Under the pieces are notes generated by a model. That model was given only the letters and a program-made list of their open reading frames with translations. It made no database searches and was not told the origin of the DNA. Positions 57,707 to 64,000 of a DNA stretch of 64,000 nt are shown one piece after another. The position numbers and the translations under genes were made by a program. Source of the DNA: Escherichia phage vB_EcoP_SU7; the sequence record NC_070980.1, one strand, 5' to 3'. How positions within the stretch are numbered: position 1 is the first letter of the stretch; each line of letters begins with the position of its first letter.

Positions 57707-58150
57707 TTACTTAACTCTTGCTGTTTTGATTGGGTCAATATATTTTTCAACTCCCCACTTATGTTTACTGTCAGCGTAGAAAACATCAGGTGCACATTGA
57801 CTAGTAGTAGGAAATGCTTTCGGTGGCTTAGTGCTACCTTTATTCTTCTGCTTACCTTTAGTGCGACCGTTACAAAAGATTTCTAAACGTTTTTCTTGTT
57901 CTGTTTTCGCCGCCCCGTTGGTTAACAAGGAACGCTTGTGATCAGCAAGAAGAAGCGCATCAGCACGATGAACACGACGACCTAGCACCTTTGGTACAGG
58001 TGATTCTTTATGTGCTTGAGCGGCCTGTTTCATAGCTCTTCGTTTAAGGCTACGTTTGCTAATATGACTAACAGCGGCTGGCTTTTCTTTTTCCAGCTCA
58101 CTCATAGAGAACACTCGTCCGCCTTTCATGCTGATTTTAGATTTAGCCAT
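57707..58150 (-). CDS. basic hypothetical protein
   Basis: 147 aa, Lys/Arg-rich. Confidence 0.45.
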   Translation of the reverse strand: MAKSKISMKGGRVFSMSELEKEKPAAVSHISKRSLKRRAMKQAAQAHKESPVPKVLGRRVHRADALLLADHKRSLLTNGAAKTEQEKRLEIFCNGRTKGKQKNKGSTKPPKAFPTTSQCAPDVFYADSKHKWGVEKYIDPIKTARVK

Positions 58151-58220
58151 TGCTTTATTCCTTTCGCTGATAAATTATATCGTGCAAGCCTTACCACACA
58201 GCAAGGCTTAACCAAATAAC

Positions 58221-58430
58221 TTAATCAATTAAACTAAATGATTTCCAACTACGTGTAATTGCTACACGTTCGCCATCAAAGAGAACACTTACGGAGATTA
58301 GCTTACCGCAGCGACTTGATACCGTGGTAATACGTCCAGTTAATGCCTTACCTTTATTCAGGTAGTGGTAGCGAACACGACGCCCTAACAGTCGAGTCGC
58401 TTTCTTCTCTAACGTGCTTAAACTAGTCAT
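58221..58430 (-). CDS. small hypothetical protein
   Basis: 69-aa ORF. Confidence 0.4.
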   Translation of the reverse strand: MTSLSTLEKKATRLLGRRVRYHYLNKGKALTGRITTVSSRCGKLISVSVLFDGERVAITRSWKSFSLID

Positions 58431-58652
58431 TTAAACAACCTCTTTATATTGGAGTGCTCTTACACGACGATACATTACAGAAGATGCACTAATCGCCGCT
58501 TGTTTTCTTTCGTGCTCATGCTGATTCTTTCGAATCTTATCCATTTCGGCATCATTACGACGACGCTGTAGTATTCTGCTACATTTGCGATGGTTGTTAT
58601 TAGCACGTGCTTTCTTACAGATAGGGCACAAATGGGATTGAGTTAAGATCAT
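58431..58652 (-). CDS. small basic zinc-binding protein
   Basis: CPICKK…; stop-start coupled. Confidence 0.4.
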   Translation of the reverse strand: MILTQSHLCPICKKARANNNHRKCSRILQRRRNDAEMDKIRKNQHEHERKQAAISASSVMYRRVRALQYKEVV

Positions 58653-58873
58653 TTGCGTAACCCCAGCTTACGAAGGAATCGGCCTAGCTTAGTTTCCTGC
58701 GTGATAGTGTAAGTAACAGAGTTTTCAATCAATGCTTGTTCTTGAATCGGCGACGGATACCACTCGCCAGTAAGAATGCATTTGCATTCGATTCCGTATT
58801 TATCGGTTTTACGATAGGTCATGTTGTTGAGAATGTTACGATACATCTTAACTTCTGTTTTCAGTTTTGGCAT
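58649..58873 (-). CDS. small hypothetical protein
   Basis: 74-aa ORF. Confidence 0.4.
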   Translation of the reverse strand: MPKLKTEVKMYRNILNNMTYRKTDKYGIECKCILTGEWYPSPIQEQALIENSVTYTITQETKLGRFLRKLGLRK

Positions 58874-58981
58874 GGTGTTTATCTCTTTTTAGTTTCTTTG
58901 ATTAGTACACTGAATCAATGCACTAGTAAAAGAAAAGGCGCTACCCTTTCGAATAGCGCCTTATGTGTTCTTTATTGTTGG

Positions 58982-59893
58982 TTATGCTGCCTGTTGGCGT
59001 GCTGCCATGATTTCGGCAGCTTTGCGCAACACTTCTTCTTCTTCCTGCGCAGCTTTCTCGTTCGCTTTGATAGTTGAAGCATTTGAGATGCGACCACGAA
59101 GGTTAGACAATTTTTCAGTCATTTCGTTGATCGCTTTTTCCATTTCATCAGCGTATGAGTCCAGAGATTCAAGCTCTTTAGTCGAGGCATTAATCAGGTA
59201 GTCATCGCTGATAGATACAGTTGATGCGGTCACTTTCTTAAGGAGTGAATCGAAAGTTTTCTTAACTTTGCCTACTTCTTCACTCAGTGCGATAGTGTTA
59301 TCAGAAGATGCGCCGTTGCGTTCATCTGCCAGTAGTGCCGCTTCAATACGGATTGCAGCCAGACGGTCAACCAGTGCATAAATATCCTGATTAAAGTTTT
59401 CGTTAACCTTCTGGTTGATCTGGTTTGCTACCGGAACATTGTCGTTGCAACCTTTGTAGAATGCTGGGTTATCAACCTGCACGTCTTCACCTTTAGCAAA
59501 GCGTTCAAAGGAGTTCGACCAGCGGGCGCGGTTTTGTTCCATTTTAGATTTAACTTGTTCCGGTTTAGCATCTTCTTTAGCTTTCGCTTCACCTTCCAGA
59601 TTAATCCATTTCTTCTTACCGTTCGCCCCGTCAGTGTTATATTTGATAGGAGTCAGGAAAGAGATTGCAACCGAAATCACATCTAAATCACGATAACGTT
59701 CAATTAACAGGAAATCAACCGCCGCCTGTAATACATCAAGTTTCTTACCGTTAGTGCGGAAGTGCTGCAAATGGCCTAACAGGAAGTTAGAAACATCTTG
59801 TTTGATCGCCGCGTTGTTGCTACGAATGTTGTTAGCCAGTGCATTAAAACCAGATTCGTTAACCAGATTAAAGATTTTAGCCATGATATTCAC
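58982..59893 (-). CDS. hypothetical protein (first gene downstream of the large non-coding region)
   Basis: 303-aa helical ORF. Confidence 0.5.
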   Translation of the reverse strand: MNIMAKIFNLVNESGFNALANNIRSNNAAIKQDVSNFLLGHLQHFRTNGKKLDVLQAAVDFLLIERYRDLDVISVAISFLTPIKYNTDGANGKKKWINLEGEAKAKEDAKPEQVKSKMEQNRARWSNSFERFAKGEDVQVDNPAFYKGCNDNVPVANQINQKVNENFNQDIYALVDRLAAIRIEAALLADERNGASSDNTIALSEEVGKVKKTFDSLLKKVTASTVSISDDYLINASTKELESLDSYADEMEKAINEMTEKLSNLRGRISNASTIKANEKAAQEEEEVLRKAAEIMAARQQAA

Positions 59894-60703
59894 CTTTCAA
59901 TTGTAAGGGCGCTATTGCCCCGCTCTCTATGAGCTTTTTAAGTCACTATTAACTTAACTATAAACGCTCACTACTAAACGCTTATAGGTAAGTGGGGCGG
60001 TCTTATCAGGAGTTAACCTTGCCGCCCCCTTATCCGTGATGTTTCATCTGGTATCTTTAATTAGTCGCTATAAACGAAGCCGACCTGATAGCGATGATCA
60101 ATCATCACAATAAGGCAGTGCGTCCGACACTATTTAATTACTTTATCGTAACCGTCGGCAATATCGTCTACTTTGCTTTCGCTCCCGCCTATCCTTTTGT
60201 ACTAACTCTCAATCGCTAACCATCGCCCACTACGGGAGGTTATTGCGAAAGAGTCATTAGCCGTCTAATACATTGACGTTTTATATCTTTCAGCAGGTTT
60301 ACTACATAAACTGATTATGTACGCCATCAATAGTGGCCTCAAATCATTCACATCGTAAACGTTCACACTAAACCTTATTGTTAAATAGCAATTTGCCACT
60401 TTTTAACCACTCCCCGCCGCTCGCAATTGAGCGTTAATTCTTCGGACTTGTCTACCCTGATTAACTTCTTTCACTGTAGCGCCTTGTTAGCGATGACCGC
60501 CGCTACCCTTAACCGTGGGCGATTAGCTTAAGTCTTTGCGTGCACTCAATGAATCCGTCTATCAGTGGTGACGTTTCCAGTAAGGGATTGTAAGATTGTT
60601 TTCTCTGATAGTTTAGAGAATCTCACACCGTTTTATCTGGTATGCTTTCCGATGGTTATTATCATCAAGCATATTCAACCGATATAGGAGAATGTTTAAA
60701 TTA

Positions 60704-61489
60704 TTAAAGAGCGGTAAATCTATCAGTGTGCTTTCTCACACTATGCAACTGTTAGCCGTTGTTACGCTTTTCTTAAGCGGTGATTTGCTTAAGTGATGTG
60801 CTCATTATGAATCATGCTGTTTTAGCTGTCAACCACTTTTTTAAATCTTTTCTCATCTATTCTTTCGAATGACTAGTTAATCACGCATTGGATTAACAAG
60901 ATTGTAAGCGGTTGCGCTTAACTTTCTGATTCATATTTTTAAAGAGCGGTGTTTCTTACTGCTTAGTGAACATTCTAACAGAACGTTTCACCTTGTCAAC
61001 TCTTTTTATCGTCTTCTTTTTATTCTCTTCCCTTATCTCGCGTGAATCTTTGCGAAAGGGCAAGACGATAAATTGTTAAAGAGCGGGGCACTAAGTGCCG
61101 GATGTTTTATGTCATCACTGACCGTGTGAACATCTTATCATAATGATTCGATGTGTCAACAACTATTTTTCGATTAATGCATCTTGATAAACTAGCGACC
61201 GTTAAGGCCGCTAACCTTACCTTAGTTCATACGTTTAAAGGTTAAATCTTTATCCGTACTTACCAGCGATAACACCGCAATAGCTTTGCCTTTATCGGCA
61301 TCGGCTACCATCTCTTTTGCCTGCTGTAATGTACTACCGACTATTCTCATAATCATGTTAGTAACGTTAATGCTAGTGCAAGTGATTTGCGTGTCTTTGC
61401 TTGAGAAGGTATACACGTTCATTGATAAATCCTCATTATGGCATGGTTGGGAGTTTATCAAGATACACTAATCGAATTATTAAAGAGCA
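60704..61489. repeat. array of four TTAAAGAGC(G/A)(G/A) motifs, each followed by a short hairpin
   Basis: TTAAAGAGCGG at 60704, 60949 and 61076; TTAAAGAGCAA at 61479; each preceded by AT-rich sequence; lies within and just past an ORF-free region. Confidence 0.5.
61222..61461 (-). CDS. small hypothetical protein
   Basis: 79-aa ORF. Confidence 0.35.
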   Translation of the reverse strand: MINSQPCHNEDLSMNVYTFSSKDTQITCTSINVTNMIMRIVGSTLQQAKEMVADADKGKAIAVLSLVSTDKDLTFKRMN

Positions 61490-61782
61490 AGGCTAAACAT
61501 CTAGCCTATCAGGAGGTAACTTACTGCATCACGTCCTGACAAGATTCAATATACACTATCCTAAAACCGTTGCAAGCCTTTTTCTAAAAATAATTTCACT
61601 TTCTTTTGTGTACAGAGGAACGCGCACACGAATAACATCAAGGGAGGAAGAAAACAAGCCTTATAATCGAAAATAAGGCATACAGGAGGTGTTCTAACGA
61701 GCTAAACAAGGGCAAGATGTGCAATCACCTTAGAAATGAAAAAAGCGCCTCAAAAGGGCGCTTAGAAAGTCTTACGGATTGG

Positions 61783-62109
61783 TTACGGATTGGTGCAAGT
61801 GCCGTTGCCTGATGCTATTTCGTTCATCGACTCATCGAACAACGTCATGCTAGATCGCATCATGTGATCTATGGTGACTTGTTTGCCTGTTGTCTGATTG
61901 ACCAGCATTGCAGACTTACTATCAACTATCTTGCTGTCGTAGTCGTTAAGGTCAACCAATATTGCCTTGCTGGACTTCTTGCCAGTGTCGTAGTTTTCCA
62001 TAAGATAGGTGCATTGCAGACCATCTAAACTGGCCTCGTTGAATACGGCAGCATGTGACACGGAAGAAATAGCGAACAAAGCAGAACATACAGCTAATTT
62101 AATTTTCAT
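61783..62109 (-). CDS. secreted/periplasmic protein
   Basis: ATG at 62109; signal peptide MKIKLAVCSALFAISSVSHA. Confidence 0.45.
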   Translation of the reverse strand: MKIKLAVCSALFAISSVSHAAVFNEASLDGLQCTYLMENYDTGKKSSKAILVDLNDYDSKIVDSKSAMLVNQTTGKQVTIDHMMRSSMTLFDESMNEIASGNGTCTNP

Positions 62110-62201
62110 GATCCAACCCTTAAGCGGAACGTGCAACAAAGAAAAACATGTCATAGATAAATAACATGATACAGAAAGCAATAAGGCAATGCAAAAAGTA
62201 T

Positions 62202-62474
62202 TTATGAATCACCACTTACAACCTTATCTAGATGATCATCGAACGTTTCACAAATGGATTGCACTTCGTCAATGTCCAGTAGTATCCCATTACGGGCAAA
62301 GAACTGGGCTAGCTCAAGATAATCCACACCAATGAGCATGACACCATTGAAAGGAGCAATTTTAGCATCACTAGGGGTGACTAATAACAAATTACCAATA
62401 TCAGCCATAGCGTCATAATTCAGTGTAATGCCTACACCGTAATTATGTGTTTCAATAATGGCAATAGTTTCCAT
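62202..62474 (-). CDS. small hypothetical protein
   Basis: 90-aa ORF. Confidence 0.4.
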   Translation of the reverse strand: METIAIIETHNYGVGITLNYDAMADIGNLLLVTPSDAKIAPFNGVMLIGVDYLELAQFFARNGILLDIDEVQSICETFDDHLDKVVSGDS

Positions 62475-62476
62475 CG

Positions 62477-62725
62477 TTAATTATCCTCGACGGTTAGTAG
62501 TTCTTCCAGTGACAAACCGGATTTAACCAGCAAGTCACGATACTCGTTAGCATCCATCGGATCAAGGCCGGACAATTGAGCGATGGTCATGCGTGCACGT
62601 AATGAAGACAAGGAAGCCAACGCACGGATAGGGATCAGTACAAGGCCATACTTGCCACTGATAACTAAATCACCGTGCTGGATGCACATATAGGCATTTA
62701 TTACAGTTGCGTATGACTCATTCAT
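62477..62725 (-). CDS. small hypothetical protein
   Basis: 82-aa ORF. Confidence 0.4.
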   Translation of the reverse strand: MNESYATVINAYMCIQHGDLVISGKYGLVLIPIRALASLSSLRARMTIAQLSGLDPMDANEYRDLLVKSGLSLEELLTVEDN

Positions 62726-63222
62726 TGGATAGCCTCACAATTAGCAAAGTTAATAAAGGTTGTATAAACTGCTACACCGTCATGATATGCAGTAGTAGCG
62801 AGTACGGTTTCACTCACATCACCATAACTAACGAGATTAGTTACAAACTGTAATTTCTCTTTCTCAACCTTCTGATACAGAGAATAAGTAACCATGTCAT
62901 GATCACTATCAGCACGTTTCAATTTAATGACTGACTGAGTGCCAGATTTCTCGTCCAACGGGGTAAGAGTGACACGCACATCTTTTACGGTTACAGAGTT
63001 AAAATGCACCTTCCAGAAGTCATCATTACCATCACTACCAACGTCACGGCAGACCATATCAGGAGCATTCTTAAACGTGCTAACAAAGGATTGCAGACCA
63101 GTAAGAGCGGATAACGCTTTATCATCTTTAGCCTGAACATTGGTAGCGATAGCACTAACACCGATAGCTGCAACCAGTGCATAAGACGCTAGATTGATAG
63201 CCTGCATTGCTTTGATAGCCAT
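62722..63222 (-). CDS. secreted/periplasmic protein
   Basis: ATG at 63222; signal-peptide-like N-terminus ending …NVQA|KDD. Confidence 0.45.
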   Translation of the reverse strand: MAIKAMQAINLASYALVAAIGVSAIATNVQAKDDKALSALTGLQSFVSTFKNAPDMVCRDVGSDGNDDFWKVHFNSVTVKDVRVTLTPLDEKSGTQSVIKLKRADSDHDMVTYSLYQKVEKEKLQFVTNLVSYGDVSETVLATTAYHDGVAVYTTFINFANCEAIQ

Positions 63223-63499
63223 TATTACTACTCCTGATAAATGAAAGATTGTTTGTCGTGTGTGGTTACTTAGGCTGATCAACCTTCACTACTCACTATC
63301 ACCGCTAACTACTTTACATCACTGCTTCATTAACGATAATTCAAACTACGATTGCAACTATATATTAAAGGAAAAACTTGTCAACCACTTATTTTCAAAC
63401 TGTTTAGATTTCTAATCACAACTCATTGAATCTAAAAGAAATTTAATTTACTAAACTTTCTTGTTCAGAGATATAGCTTACTACTTAATAACACTTATA

Positions 63500-63610
63500 G
63501 AACGGGTAGCAGACCAACGGGATAGATGCATGGGTAAGACGTGCCGCATAGGTTAGCCAATGGGTAAGAAGCCTAACGGGGAAGGGGAAACGGGTAGGGT
63601 ATAATGTAAG
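63500..63610. repeat. cluster of about six degenerate A(C/T)GGGTA(A)G repeats ending in a TATAAT-containing motif
   Basis: ACGGGTAG, ACGGGATAG, ATGGGTAAG (x2), ACGGGGAAGG, ACGGGTAGGGTATAATGTAAG at 11-28 bp spacing in an ORF-free region. Confidence 0.4.
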
Positions 63611-64000
63611 TTAGTTACAGGTAACAGGTCAGACCATGCGGTAATAAATTACCAGTCAAAAATCTACTCATCAAAAGAAAAAAGAAACGCTGAAAAAGAA
63701 AAGAATAAAAGAAAGAATAAAAATAATAACTAAAGTAAACAACTACCAATTCTCATTGCTACGCAATGGACTAAAACCAGTCTAATGATACATACATCAA
63801 TAATCCACTCATGAAACATTAACATAAGTTATTACATTCAAACGTGGGGAAGTGTTAGCAACAGTATAGTTTACATAGGTTATCATTAATGTTCTTACTA
63901 TTAATACCGGTTAGTTATAGTCACTATCAGTATGCCTGTACAGTGCTAGCCTTTCATCCCTTCTCAACATGAGTAAGAGAAATACGGGTAGGAAATCACT

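Noticed and set aside
60704-61489. CRISPR array
   Set aside because: The repeats are only 11 bp, spacing is irregular (about 245, 127 and 403 bp) and no cas genes are present.
1-64000. Prophage or temperate lifestyle, or host chromosomal flank
   Set aside because: No integrase, repressor, attachment-site-like tRNA fragment or host housekeeping genes; the whole window is phage-like.

Overview
The window reads as a large segment of a virulent tailed-phage genome with no host-like genes and no integrase or repressor. Positions 1-17,800 (+ strand) hold a virion, tail-fibre and internal-protein module: a tail fibre with a self-cleaving chaperone domain, a GH24 lysozyme, an SLT transglycosylase, Q/N-rich paralogous proteins and a 1,481-aa charged protein. 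These converge at about 17.8-18.0 kb on a long minus-strand block (18-63 kb) of replication, nucleotide-metabolism and early genes: T7-type primase-helicase, a family A DNA polymerase, a separately encoded T7-like 3'-5' exonuclease, FEN, PhoH, ThyX, dCTP deaminase, thioredoxin, a sigma-factor-like protein, a tRNA-Arg(UCU), six HNH endonuclease genes and many small paralogous ORFs. The organisation resembles phiEco32-like (Kuravirus) coliphages, but that is recalled from memory, not searched. The three strongest observations are: (1) a compact group I intron with an HNH ORF splitting motif C of the DNA polymerase; (2) a nine-gene candidate amide-bond ligation/cleavage cluster (GGCT/AIG2-like, ATP-grasp, class II amidotransferase-like, glutamine-synthetase-like amidoligase, unknowns) next to the replication genes, which I consider the best candidate for an uncharacterised system; (3) a 1.3-kb ORF-free region with a repeated 11-bp motif plus hairpins. 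All product calls rest on motifs read by eye from the supplied translations; no database search was run.
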